Under the pieces are notes generated by a model. That model had not been told where the DNA came from, made no database searches, and saw only the letters and a program-made list of their open reading frames with translations. This document shows positions 1-9,174 of a stretch of DNA of 64,000 nucleotides, piece after piece; within the stretch, counting starts at the first letter, position 1; the number at the start of each line of letters is the position of its first letter. The stretch is from a virus (taxonomy: Duplodnaviria; Caudoviricetes): positions 1 through 64,000 of IMG/VR virus record IMGVR_UViG_3300037067_002612; one strand, 5' to 3'. Position numbers and translations under genes: made by a program.

Positions 1-124
1 GACCACACTATTATACGAACATATGATTTTTCAAATAAAACTGTCACCGACCACAGAACCGGCAAGGTTGCCCCATTAAAACAAGTCTTAAAAAAAGGAA
101 AGGTAGATTTATTAAGGTAAATAT

Positions 125-697
125 ATGAACAACTTAAATAAATTATGGGGAATGAAGGCATATCTTTGTGGTCCTATGGATAGGGCTAAAGACGGTGGTA
201 TAGATTGGAGACGAAATATTACTCCGTTTTTACAAAACCTTGGGGTCGTTATATTAGACCCAACTGATAAGCCTATTGATATTGGTTTGGAAGATATTGA
301 AAATAGGCAATATAGAAAAGAATTAAAACAAGCCGGAAATTATGATGCGTTGTCTGAACAGATTAGAACTTTGCGTGTTGTAGACTTACGTATGATTGAT
401 ATTAGTGATTTTATAATTGTATATTTAAATAATGATATTGTGTCTTGCGGTACATACGAAGAACTATTTTGGGCGAATCGCATGAAAAAGCCCATACTAA
501 TCATGTGTGAGCAGGGTAAAAATGAGTGTCCAGACTGGTTGTTTGGAGTGTTACCCCACCAACATATTATGAGTACATGGGAAGACCTATATAAATATTT
601 AGATAAGGTAAATCAGGGATTAGACACAAATTGTTATAAGCGTTGGATGTTTTTTGATTACAATCGGCTGACGCCTCCATGTATTGTAAAGGAATAA
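125..697 (+). CDS. nucleoside 2-deoxyribosyltransferase-like protein
   Basis: N-terminal YLCGPM..DWR, DLRMIDISD and SCGTYEE motifs typical of the NDT/Rcl-like family. Confidence 0.7.
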   Translation: MNNLNKLWGMKAYLCGPMDRAKDGGIDWRRNITPFLQNLGVVILDPTDKPIDIGLEDIENRQYRKELKQAGNYDALSEQIRTLRVVDLRMIDISDFIIVYLNNDIVSCGTYEELFWANRMKKPILIMCEQGKNECPDWLFGVLPHQHIMSTWEDLYKYLDKVNQGLDTNCYKRWMFFDYNRLTPPCIVKE

Positions 698-701
698 TGT
701 A

Positions 702-1010
702 ATGCCATATATTAGTCAAGATTTAAGAAGTCAAATTGACGAATCATTAACCATTGATGATTGTGTCAGTGAAATTAAATTAATTATTTCGCAAGCAAAA
801 ATGAAAGGCGTAGCAAATTATACTATATCTCGTATATTACTTAATTTACTTAAACCGAATACTGGTTGGACATATAGTAGTTTATGTGATGTAATTGGTA
901 CGTTAGAGTGTGTCAAATTAGAGATATACCGTAGATTGATAAGTGAATATGAAGATAAAGCTATAGAGAAAAACGGTGATGTAGAAGAATTGGTGCAATC
1001 CGCTATTTAA
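702..1010 (+). CDS. conserved phage hypothetical protein (MPYI...YEDKAIEKNGD family)
   Basis: ORF with MPYI start and E.YRR...YED....NGD motif common in phage proteins. Confidence 0.6.
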   Translation: MPYISQDLRSQIDESLTIDDCVSEIKLIISQAKMKGVANYTISRILLNLLKPNTGWTYSSLCDVIGTLECVKLEIYRRLISEYEDKAIEKNGDVEELVQSAI

Positions 1011-1029
1011 AAACCAGCGACCACATAAC

Positions 1030-1045
1030 AAAATAGTGTATATTA
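1030..1045 (+). promoter_or_regulatory. putative phage-specific (late) promoter AAAATAGTGTATATTA
   Basis: 16-bp identical copy at 24941-24956 and a variant at 19442-19459; all lie upstream of gene starts. Confidence 0.5.
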
Positions 1046-1093
1046 TAGTGATAATGTCGCAATAATTCAGCAGGAAGTGCAGAGGATTTTTAT

Positions 1094-1459
1094 ATGAATT
1101 TAGATTTGTCAATTAAAGCCAATGAAATACTTGACAAAGTAAATAAGGATGAGCAAAAGGTCTTCGTAGACCCAGCTACCATCATTCTTGTTATTAGTAT
1201 TTTATCTATGATTTTTCAAGGCATACGTATGTGGTTGCAGTATCGTAAAAATAAACTAGATGGACAAGAAATCCAGGTTTTATGTAGTAAACCAAGTAGG
1301 TTAGCTAATTTATTTGTACGTCGTGGTATTATCAATAAATTTGGTAGAAAAACGTATAAAGATTTAGGTGGTGAAGAATTTGTGTCCGCTATATTTGAGA
1401 CTGGAGCAAACACTTCGCCGGAAGAACTTGATAATTTATTACAAAAATATGCGTACTAA
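1094..1459 (+). CDS. hypothetical membrane protein
   Basis: ORF with one hydrophobic helix (IILVISILSMIF). Confidence 0.6.
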   Translation: MNLDLSIKANEILDKVNKDEQKVFVDPATIILVISILSMIFQGIRMWLQYRKNKLDGQEIQVLCSKPSRLANLFVRRGIINKFGRKTYKDLGGEEFVSAIFETGANTSPEELDNLLQKYAY

Positions 1460-1782
1460 GGGCCTGATATGTTTCGATAGGGCATGGGAGTTTGTGATTG
1501 CGTGTCGTGGTTGACCAAATGGCCACGAAAAAAATTGGTTATTATATATTTAAATGGCAATAAGAATGTCATGGGTTGGGCTGTACCCGGAACAGCTAAC
1601 CGCAAAGTGAACGTAGAAAACCTTCCGCGTTTTCAATTTGCATAAAGTTTAATCTTGTACTCAACAAGAGTGGAGTAATTTATAAGACAGCTTTGTTTGT
1701 TGTGCAGATTAACAATAAACTACACACGTAGACGTTACTTATTGAAATGTCACTAGACCCGGTTTCGCATCCGGCAGGTCCA
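1460..1782 (+). ncRNA. ssrA: tmRNA
   Basis: 5' GGGCCTG pairs with 3' CAGGTCC+A (G3:U70 Ala identity); 5' GATATGTTTCGA D-loop-like segment; CCGG-TTTCGCAT-CCGG T-arm; internal tag ORF 1556-1645; CCA not encoded. Confidence 0.9.
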
Positions 1783-1819
1783 CTTGATATAATATTGTTC
1801 AAATTTTTTGGGAGGTAAT

Positions 1820-3496
1820 ATGATGAAATGGTTATGCTGTGTAATTACATCAGTTTTGATGTTTGTAAATGTTAATACATATGGAAAGCCATTAACATTA
1901 AATGAAATTTCCGAGGCCGTTTGCCGTATTCGTGTTGGTGTGACTTATGGCACCGGTACTTGTGTAGGTAAGACAGCCGACAATCAACATTATTTGATTT
2001 TTACTAATGGCCATGTGGTTGGGCGTCAATCTCAGGGCACGGTTGAATTTTTCCGTAGTGGTTATAAGACTACACCACTTCCTGCTGATGTTATTTATAG
2101 TAATGTAAACAACAGAAGTGATGTGGATTTTGGTTTTATGCAAGTACATGAAAAACACTTTGGGGATTATCCTCCTCGTATTATAAAAATGATGCCACCT
2201 GACTGTAAGTTAAGTGTTGGTAATTATATTGCTGCGGTGGGTTGTCCTGATGCTCGTTGGGCTCAGGCTTGGGAAGGTCATATTACCGAACATAAAGATA
2301 GTCGTGTGTTATTTATACCTGCTCCTGTTGGTGGACAAAGCGGTAGTGGAGTGATGGTATTAGTATATAACAATAACACTAAAGAATGGGAAACAAAACT
2401 AGGTGCTATTTTAACATGGCGTATTCCAATGTTGGATGGGGCAAAGTTTTGTGGTGGTGCTATTCCAGTCACTACATTATACAGTGTGTTGAACAATACT
2501 TATACAAGTTATCGTGTACCAGTTAGTTATCGACCGGTATCGCTTGAAGTCCCAACTGCTCCATTAAATACAGTTCCAAAAACACAGGGTGTATACGCAC
2601 TTGGTAGTAATAATAAACTATATAGAGTATATTTAACTAGTGATGGTTCAAAGACTGTAATCTTAGGTAGTGATTATGGCGTTCAGATATTAACATGGGA
2701 TTATTATAATAGCCCATATTATCAAAACTCGGCTGGCGTTTGTCCTCCTGGTGGTTGTCCTCCTGGTAATGCTGCCCCAAATCCTCGTTGGCAACCTTTT
2801 GGTGGTAGGTTTCAGCCTAATCAACCTGATAATCAACAACCAGAAGTGCCACCATATACACAGCCTCAACAACCAGACGGTAATAAGCCTAATAATCCTT
2901 ATGGTGTTGTACCTCCAAATCTATGGCAAGACAATAAACCGGAGGCTGTACCGGTGCCAAGTAATAAACCAGTTGTCAAACCACCGGTTGTACAAAATCC
3001 CAACGAAGATGTGTCGTTTTTGGCAGGTCTTTTTGGTCGTACTCGTGACCGTGTAAATAGCTTTTTTGGTGGGATTATGGTAGCTGTTGGCGGTGGGTTA
3101 TTTGTTTTTGCATGGAATAAATTCATTAAAAAGAGAGTTATAACTAGGGTGGATTCTCTACAAGATTATCTTGAACAGCAGGTTAAAGCTAAATGGGGAC
3201 CAGAACTTGCTAAAGAGGCTCGTGACATCATGGAGGGCGTTGAGGATGCGTTGCTAGGCTTTGCTGATGATTTTATTGCGGATTCCCAGGCTAAGAAGCA
3301 AGTTGCTAAATCAATTATAGTTGGTAAGCCAGCCGAACGTATACGCAATGGGTCAAGTAATGTATTTAAAAATGTCACCGTTCCAGAACTTGTAGCGGCT
3401 GTTAATGAAGCTGCTAAAGAAGTAGGCGATGACAGTATTACCACCGAAATACCGGCTAAGGTAGCAGATATTGTTGGTAAAATTGCAAAGAAGTAA
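1820..3496 (+). CDS. secreted/membrane-anchored trypsin-like serine protease
   Basis: GGAGG SD; signal peptide; TNGHVV (His), DFGF (Asp), GGQSGSG (Ser); Pro/Gln/Asn-rich linker; C-terminal TM helix. Confidence 0.8.
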   Translation: MMKWLCCVITSVLMFVNVNTYGKPLTLNEISEAVCRIRVGVTYGTGTCVGKTADNQHYLIFTNGHVVGRQSQGTVEFFRSGYKTTPLPADVIYSNVNNRSDVDFGFMQVHEKHFGDYPPRIIKMMPPDCKLSVGNYIAAVGCPDARWAQAWEGHITEHKDSRVLFIPAPVGGQSGSGVMVLVYNNNTKEWETKLGAILTWRIPMLDGAKFCGGAIPVTTLYSVLNNTYTSYRVPVSYRPVSLEVPTAPLNTVPKTQGVYALGSNNKLYRVYLTSDGSKTVILGSDYGVQILTWDYYNSPYYQNSAGVCPPGGCPPGNAAPNPRWQPFGGRFQPNQPDNQQPEVPPYTQPQQPDGNKPNNPYGVVPPNLWQDNKPEAVPVPSNKPVVKPPVVQNPNEDVSFLAGLFGRTRDRVNSFFGGIMVAVGGGLFVFAWNKFIKKRVITRVDSLQDYLEQQVKAKWGPELAKEARDIMEGVEDALLGFADDFIADSQAKKQVAKSIIVGKPAERIRNGSSNVFKNVTVPELVAAVNEAAKEVGDDSITTEIPAKVADIVGKIAKK

Positions 3497-3522
3497 ACAT
3501 AATATTTAAAAGGATAATATTA

Positions 3523-3687
3523 ATGGGAGAGTGTGGTTGTATTGCTATCCAGTATTTTGGTAAGATTATAGACCGTGATGGTAACGCCTGGATATTCGGG
3601 ATTTATCCATCGTGTCACTACTGCGATGCCCCTCTTGGGTTGCAGTTTTATAAAGTTTTACCTACCGATTTTGAGTGTTATGATTAG
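3523..3687 (+). CDS. small Cys-containing hypothetical protein, possibly a gene fragment
   Basis: MGECGC...CHYC ORF of 54 aa below the ORF-track cutoff; AAGGA upstream. Confidence 0.4.
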   Translation: MGECGCIAIQYFGKIIDRDGNAWIFGIYPSCHYCDAPLGLQFYKVLPTDFECYD

Positions 3688-3817
3688 GATTTAAACCACA
3701 TAATTGTATGATAGACGCATTAGATGCTGAGATTTTGTCCGAAGAAGCCTTTCCCGACCTACGCAATTGTGTATTTAAGACCGAGGACAAATTTTCAGAA
3801 AAACCCAACGGCTCCCA

Positions 3818-3845
3818 TTGACTTTTCAGATTCTCGTGCTAAAAT
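3818..3845 (+). promoter_or_regulatory. sigma70-type promoter
   Basis: TTGACT-N16-TAAAAT with TG extended -10. Confidence 0.6.
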
Positions 3846-3850
3846 ATTGT

Positions 3851-3904
3851 GGGCATAGCGAGTTCCTTTTGATATTTGCATGTACATACTCGCCGCCCTT
3901 TTTT
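3851..3904 (+). ncRNA. candidate small hairpin RNA or attenuator
   Basis: GGGC/GCCC and GCGAGT/ACTCGC stems followed by T6, starting right after the promoter. Confidence 0.4.
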
Positions 3905-3946
3905 ATTCACATAACTTCAACTATGGTTTATTAAAGGAAAATTGAT

Positions 3947-4312
3947 ATGGATTATGAGACTAAAGTATTGCGTATGGAAAATGGTGACATTATTATTTCT
4001 GATGTTATTGAACTAACACAGTTATCGCCACAGGGTGATAATACACCTAATCAAAAATGTTTTCGACTTAAAGCACCATTGGTACTTCAAATTATTCCAG
4101 CCGAAATGATGGGTGGTCCTCAGGGTCGGTCTATTATTTCGCTCGCCCCATTTCTACCGGGCGTTATTGAAGAAACGGTAGATATTTTGGCCGATAGAGT
4201 GGTGGCCAGTGGACATCCAGATACATCATTAGTAAACCTATATAAGCAAAAGACAAGTGATATTGTGATTCCTCCTGAAAAAGAAATTCTATTACCGAAT
4301 CTTAGTAGTTAG
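3947..4312 (+). CDS. hypothetical protein (possible Sm-like fold)
   Basis: VLRMENGDIIIS...LKAP pattern seen in myophage Sm-like proteins. Confidence 0.5.
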   Translation: MDYETKVLRMENGDIIISDVIELTQLSPQGDNTPNQKCFRLKAPLVLQIIPAEMMGGPQGRSIISLAPFLPGVIEETVDILADRVVASGHPDTSLVNLYKQKTSDIVIPPEKEILLPNLSS

Positions 4313-4322
4313 GGTTGCTTAT

Positions 4323-4754
4323 ATGTTAAATATACAAGAATATCAAGTTACATATAATGCTTTGGAAGATATAGGAGAACGTATAGCTCGACAATTAGAC
4401 TTACATAATAATAAAGCCTGGAGTCATTATTTACAGTCATTCGATATAGCGGATAACAACGTAATATATAATATAGATGCCATTGGTCCATATAGTGCCG
4501 AGGATTATGAGTATATTACAATTGCATTTACTGATATAGAGAATTTTAATGTTGAAGAATGGTTTAAGGAATACCTAGAGATGATAGAACGAAACAAAGC
4601 AGAAAAAGCCCAAGAACAGGCTCAAGAACAAGCTATGATTAAAGAGCAAAATATAAAAGATTCCATTATTATGGCTAAAAATCTATTAGAAGAACACGGT
4701 TATCTTGTATTGGATAATCAAGCCAGACAATTATGTAATGTTGTATTAAAATAA
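4323..4754 (+). CDS. hypothetical protein
   Basis: ORF in operon context. Confidence 0.6.
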   Translation: MLNIQEYQVTYNALEDIGERIARQLDLHNNKAWSHYLQSFDIADNNVIYNIDAIGPYSAEDYEYITIAFTDIENFNVEEWFKEYLEMIERNKAEKAQEQAQEQAMIKEQNIKDSIIMAKNLLEEHGYLVLDNQARQLCNVVLK

Positions 4755-4779
4755 TCACTCTATAGTTTGGAGAGAATAA

Positions 4780-5001
4780 ATGAAAAATCTATCTGTTTTA
4801 TGTTTTCTGCTGGGAATAATTTTGTGTGTTGTTAAAGTATTCGGTGGCTTATCAACAACCTCATGGTGGATAGTCACTACGCCGTTCTGGGCTCCATTTG
4901 CAATGTTTTTTGCGATTCATTTGGTGATTGCTATACTGATTGTTTTACGAAATATTATAGATGTAGTCATGAAAGCTTTGTTCAACAAGGATGAGGAATA
5001 A
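4780..5001 (+). CDS. small two-TM membrane protein
   Basis: hydrophobic helices, SWWIVTTPFW motif. Confidence 0.6.
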   Translation: MKNLSVLCFLLGIILCVVKVFGGLSTTSWWIVTTPFWAPFAMFFAIHLVIAILIVLRNIIDVVMKALFNKDEE

Positions 5002-5962
5002 TTTTGTGCCTCGCTTACTGTGCATCATTCCATATTACAATTTTCATAATAGTCAAATACTGACTAAAAACCATCGTAAATGTACTAGACTACTTCGTGA
5101 GCAAGGTTGTGATATACTGACGATTGAAGCATTAAACCATGAACAACACAAGTCTTCGTTACTCACTACAATATTTGATTTAAATACTAGCTTTATTGAT
5201 ATTCGTGATACTACGTGGCACAACACCAAAAGTCTCATGGATGTGATACAACACACAAATATTGTTACAAGACTAGTTATTAACCAGCCATTGTGGTATA
5301 AGGAAAATTTAATTAACTATGCAATTTTACACTATGGTCAATTATATGATTATATAGCGTGGATTGATTCTGGTTTGTTGTTAAACGATGGATGGGTTGA
5401 AAATACTATCAATGCGTTACAAAAACATGACATGGTGCAGTGTTTTGACAATGGAATATGGTTAGCACAAGACGGCTCAGTAGAAAAAACATGCAAAGGC
5501 TATGTATATGCACAACATTTGAATATCATGAGAAAGTGCGTCGAATGGCCATCTCCAGGTGGTGCTTGGGCGATTCGTCGTGATAAATATACAGATGGTT
5601 TGTTATATCAATATGCTATTGTAGGCGGTGGCGACTCATTGTTTGTTAATGCTATATTTCATAATGGTAAAACGACACACGCGACTTCTTTAGCATATAA
5701 GCAACATTTTCAAAGTTGGTATGATAATGTTTTTCTTCCAGCAAAGTTAAATATATCATATCTTAATGGTGAATATATACATTTATGGCACGCTGCCAGA
5801 CAATCTCGTATGTATCATAAAAGACACGATATACTAGCTAAGAATGGATATAACCCAGATAAACACTTGCATATTGTTAATGGTATATTACAATTTACAG
5901 ATGAGGCACCACTTAATATGATAAGTGGTATTAAACAGTATATATATCAGAGAGCAGAATAA
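4991..5962 (+). CDS. GT-A fold glycosyltransferase-like protein
   Basis: LWYKENLIN, YIAWIDS, GGAWA, GGGDS, HLWH motifs. Confidence 0.65.
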   Translation: MRNNFVPRLLCIIPYYNFHNSQILTKNHRKCTRLLREQGCDILTIEALNHEQHKSSLLTTIFDLNTSFIDIRDTTWHNTKSLMDVIQHTNIVTRLVINQPLWYKENLINYAILHYGQLYDYIAWIDSGLLLNDGWVENTINALQKHDMVQCFDNGIWLAQDGSVEKTCKGYVYAQHLNIMRKCVEWPSPGGAWAIRRDKYTDGLLYQYAIVGGGDSLFVNAIFHNGKTTHATSLAYKQHFQSWYDNVFLPAKLNISYLNGEYIHLWHAARQSRMYHKRHDILAKNGYNPDKHLHIVNGILQFTDEAPLNMISGIKQYIYQRAE

Positions 5963-6207
5963 TGAAAATACACAAGGGTGTTGTAGCAGTTACAGAAAAC
6001 GGCAAGCCATTTGTAGTTATTGGGATATGTAAAAGTCATACACCAGAAATTCGTTTTGGTTGGTATGGAGTTGGTTTTGACGGAAAGGAAGAATCAAGCG
6101 ATATGCCAGAAGTTGTCGCGGCCGATATAAATGAGTTTATTTCCAATATTGCGGCGACTGTCAACATCAAAGGGTCGGTATTAGTTGATGAGGAGTTCTA
6201 TCAATGA
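5962..6207 (+). CDS. hypothetical protein
   Basis: ORF coupled by overlapping stop/start codons. Confidence 0.55.
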   Translation: MKIHKGVVAVTENGKPFVVIGICKSHTPEIRFGWYGVGFDGKEESSDMPEVVAADINEFISNIAATVNIKGSVLVDEEFYQ

Positions 6208-6641
6208 AGTATACATATATATTAATTTGTATTAGTATAGTATTTACACTATTAACGCAAAGTCTTTATGCAGCTAATGACCCAATTTCGACTACTTTAG
6301 AAACATACAATGAAGCACATTTATTTATGAGGCAAAACAATGCGGCTGGCTTTATTGTTTTTACTGCCCAATGGTGTCAACCATGCAAAAAATTTCATAA
6401 TGAAACTATTACACCTTTACTGTCGCAATTAAAACAAAAGTATGTCGTGTATACTGTAGATGTTACAAATCCCGACAGCGTTGATGCTCAACAATGGCGT
6501 AATTATAAAACGCTAGATTATTTACCTTCTTATGCTATTTTATCTCGTGGCGGTGATTATATTCTTGGATGGAATAGTGGGTTTAAAACACAAGAAGAGT
6601 TAATCGCTTGGATGAACGAAGTTGTAAATAAGTATAAGTAA
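6204..6641 (+). CDS. exported thioredoxin-like protein
   Basis: signal peptide; FTAQWCQPC active site; cis-Pro LPSY. Confidence 0.8.
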   Translation: MKYTYILICISIVFTLLTQSLYAANDPISTTLETYNEAHLFMRQNNAAGFIVFTAQWCQPCKKFHNETITPLLSQLKQKYVVYTVDVTNPDSVDAQQWRNYKTLDYLPSYAILSRGGDYILGWNSGFKTQEELIAWMNEVVNKYK

Positions 6642-6659
6642 AATGATTAAGGACAATGA

Positions 6660-6734
6660 TGGAAGTAAGGTAAGCTGGTTGCATCCGAATCTCTTATAAG
6701 GATTTTTAGGCGAGTCCGATTCTCGCACTTCCTA
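6660..6734 (+). tRNA. tRNA-Ile (anticodon TAT)
   Basis: acceptor GGAAGT/ACTTCC; anticodon stem AATCT/GGATT with loop CT-TAT-AA; T-stem GCGAG/CTCGC; atypical 1:72 pair, D-arm and TCCGATT T-loop. Confidence 0.7.
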
Positions 6735-6772
6735 CTTTTTTTTATATTATTATATTAAGGACACTATAAGCC

Positions 6773-7183
6773 GTGAAAATCATCTCAATATGGTTGTTTA
6801 TATTATGTTGTCCGGTAATGGCCAACGCACAAGCCCTGGCATTTTCTTCTCCCCAACATCATCTGCTGAATAAGCTGGCCCAACACCATTCTCAGAATAT
6901 GGCAAACGCCCGTTATCAAAGTCATAATAATTGGGAGAATGGAAGATATCAAGCGGCCCTACAAGCTATTCCTTCTGCCGCACAAGTCGCTGAAATATGT
7001 GCTGAAACATGGCCTGGGCAACACAACAGCGATTGGTCGGAACAGTGGGCTGAATATGAATTGGTTTGGCGACAATCACCGGGTCATTGGTCAGTAGCTC
7101 GTAGACCGCATAAATTTATTGGAGTAGGTTCAGCAAAAGGGTTGAATGGAATTTGGTATGGATGTTTGATAGCAGTTGATTAA
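6773..7183 (+). CDS. exported CAP/SCP-domain protein
   Basis: signal peptide; AQHHSQNMA, EICA, WRQSPGHW, G..WY motifs. Confidence 0.75.
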   Translation: MKIISIWLFILCCPVMANAQALAFSSPQHHLLNKLAQHHSQNMANARYQSHNNWENGRYQAALQAIPSAAQVAEICAETWPGQHNSDWSEQWAEYELVWRQSPGHWSVARRPHKFIGVGSAKGLNGIWYGCLIAVD

Positions 7184-7209
7184 GATAAGTAAACAAGAAA
7201 GTAATCCTA

Positions 7210-7725
7210 ATGTTCCTCACTAAACAACAATATGATGAAGCTCTGGCTAAAAATAAATATTGGCAAGGTCGCTGGGAATATTTATCCAAAGCCGTAGAAA
7301 TACTACAGACCTTTAATACTACAAATATCTTGGAAATTGGTTGTAATGGTTTACAGTTGTGTGACCACAGCGATACTATGTCTAATAGACCAGCAGACAA
7401 TTCTACATATACCTATGATATCACGCAAGTGCCGTGGCCAGTAAATAATAACTCTTATGATGTGTTAATTGCACTACAGGTTTGGGAACACTTACAGGGT
7501 TGTCAATCACAAGCATTTTCCGAAGCACGTAGTGTAGCCCGTAACATAGTGTTAAGTTTACCATATATGTGGAATTCTCCGAAAGATTTAACACACCATC
7601 AAATTGATTTACAACAAATTATAAGTTGGACAGGTATAGATAGAGTACCTGACTATTATGTTATTGGGTCTAATAAATATCAAAGAATCATTTGTGTGTG
7701 GCCTGAAAGATTACTGAATATATGA
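7210..7725 (+). CDS. SAM-dependent methyltransferase-like protein
   Basis: ILEIGC motif I; YDVLIALQVWEHL. Confidence 0.6.
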   Translation: MFLTKQQYDEALAKNKYWQGRWEYLSKAVEILQTFNTTNILEIGCNGLQLCDHSDTMSNRPADNSTYTYDITQVPWPVNNNSYDVLIALQVWEHLQGCQSQAFSEARSVARNIVLSLPYMWNSPKDLTHHQIDLQQIISWTGIDRVPDYYVIGSNKYQRIICVWPERLLNI

Positions 7726-8534
7726 AAATCCAAACACATTATTTTAATCCACCAGTCACATCGCCGGGACACCATAACTTCGGAGATATGCTAGTACCAA
7801 TTATCTTACGTTTTTTAACTAACAACAAATATAATATTGAATATGTTATTCGTGACATCCAAGGTAAACTATTATGTATAGGAAGCGAATTAGCATCTGG
7901 TGTAGTTTTACAAGAAAACGATGTAATCTTTGGATATGGGGCGAAATTAGAAAAACCTATTGATATTCCTAAGGGTGTAGAAATACTAAGTGTAAGAGGA
8001 CCATTAACACGCGAGTTAATTAACATAGATAATGTTCCAGAAATATATGGCGACCCGGCTATATTAATGCCATTGATTTATTCAGCAGGAAGTGCAGTAT
8101 GTAAATATAGAATAGGTATAATCCCACATTATGTTGATAAACCATTGTTCAATCATTTATTATTATCAGATGACACAATTCTCATTGATATTAATCAATC
8201 TCCATATGATGTGATTCAACAAATTTTATCATGTGATATTATTCTGTCCACTAGTTTACACGGAGCTATAGTAGCAGAAGCCTATGGTAAGAAAGTTGTG
8301 TGGCTTCAAGCAAGTAATAAAATAGGTGGATTTATATTTAAGTGGCTTGATTATTTAGTTAGCACAGGAAGACCAGATAATATTCAACCCGTGATATATG
8401 ATGGCGTAGAAAACCCGAATGAATATATTAAATATGCACTCCCACCACCGTCCAATTTAAGTTTTTTACAGCAAGGTTTATTAAATACCTGGAAAGAAAA
8501 TGAGCAGTATATACTTAGCACATGTCAGGGATAA
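7722..8534 (+). CDS. polysaccharide pyruvyl transferase family protein
   Basis: NFGD, SVRGPLT, GDPA, IIPHY, SLHGAIVAEAYG, FKW.DY motifs. Confidence 0.85.
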   Translation: MKIQTHYFNPPVTSPGHHNFGDMLVPIILRFLTNNKYNIEYVIRDIQGKLLCIGSELASGVVLQENDVIFGYGAKLEKPIDIPKGVEILSVRGPLTRELINIDNVPEIYGDPAILMPLIYSAGSAVCKYRIGIIPHYVDKPLFNHLLLSDDTILIDINQSPYDVIQQILSCDIILSTSLHGAIVAEAYGKKVVWLQASNKIGGFIFKWLDYLVSTGRPDNIQPVIYDGVENPNEYIKYALPPPSNLSFLQQGLLNTWKENEQYILSTCQG

Positions 8535-9174
8535 ACATAAACGTCGTGTAGGCTCATCTGGTGGGTTTACCCGAGCAGTCTTTGAACATGCTATTAGAAT
8601 TGGTTGGGTAGATGGCGTTTGGATGGCAAAAGCCCCGCGTAATGCTGTCTATATTACCAAACAAAATGTGGATGAAATATGGGCATGTGGTTTTGCCAGT
8701 GTTTATAAAAAAGTACACTATACATCCTCTGCTAATGATGGAGTGTTTTTACTGCCGTGTCAAATTAATAATGATACCAAATATAAACTGTGTATTAGTC
8801 CTTTGTGCGGTGGTGTTTTACAAGATTCTCCAATAGATGACTCAATTGTATCATATAAACATGGTGATATGTGGCCAAAATTTAATTTGATAACTAAATC
8901 TGGTAAACAACCAACTGCATATCAAAAAAGCAAAACATTACAGCAATGCCAACAATGTAAGCTTGTTACACCATTGAAGCAACCTCATATGATGGTAGCT
9001 GACCCGTGGCAATTGTTAAATCCAAAACGTATGCAAAACGGATGGACGTTAGTTAAACTATTTGATGATAATTTACAATCATTATTAACTTCGGCTGATG
9101 TTGAGTTAATTAATCTAAAAGAAAGCGTGTGGACTTTACATATTGACGCTTTTAAAAAGGGTCATAATAGATGA
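8500..9174 (+). CDS. FrhB-like (F420 hydrogenase beta N-terminal-like) Cys-rich protein
   Basis: SSGG.T motif, LPCQ, LCGG, C..C, ADPW; this family often sits beside pyruvyl transferases. Confidence 0.5.
   Translation: MSSIYLAHVRDKHKRRVGSSGGFTRAVFEHAIRIGWVDGVWMAKAPRNAVYITKQNVDEIWACGFASVYKKVHYTSSANDGVFLLPCQINNDTKYKLCISPLCGGVLQDSPIDDSIVSYKHGDMWPKFNLITKSGKQPTAYQKSKTLQQCQQCKLVTPLKQPHMMVADPWQLLNPKRMQNGWTLVKLFDDNLQSLLTSADVELINLKESVWTLHIDAFKKGHNR

Noticed and set aside
10-35. Minus-strand sigma70 promoter at the window start
   Set aside because: TATAAT is present on -, but the TTGAAA-like element is only 13 bp away.
3682-3690. GAT-TAG-GAT as a second stop-hopping site
   Set aside because: The frame closes again within eight codons and no conserved motif is restored.
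4596-4635. Short tandem repeat encoding AQEQAQEQA
   Set aside because: A two- to three-unit coding microduplication with no sign of a wider system.
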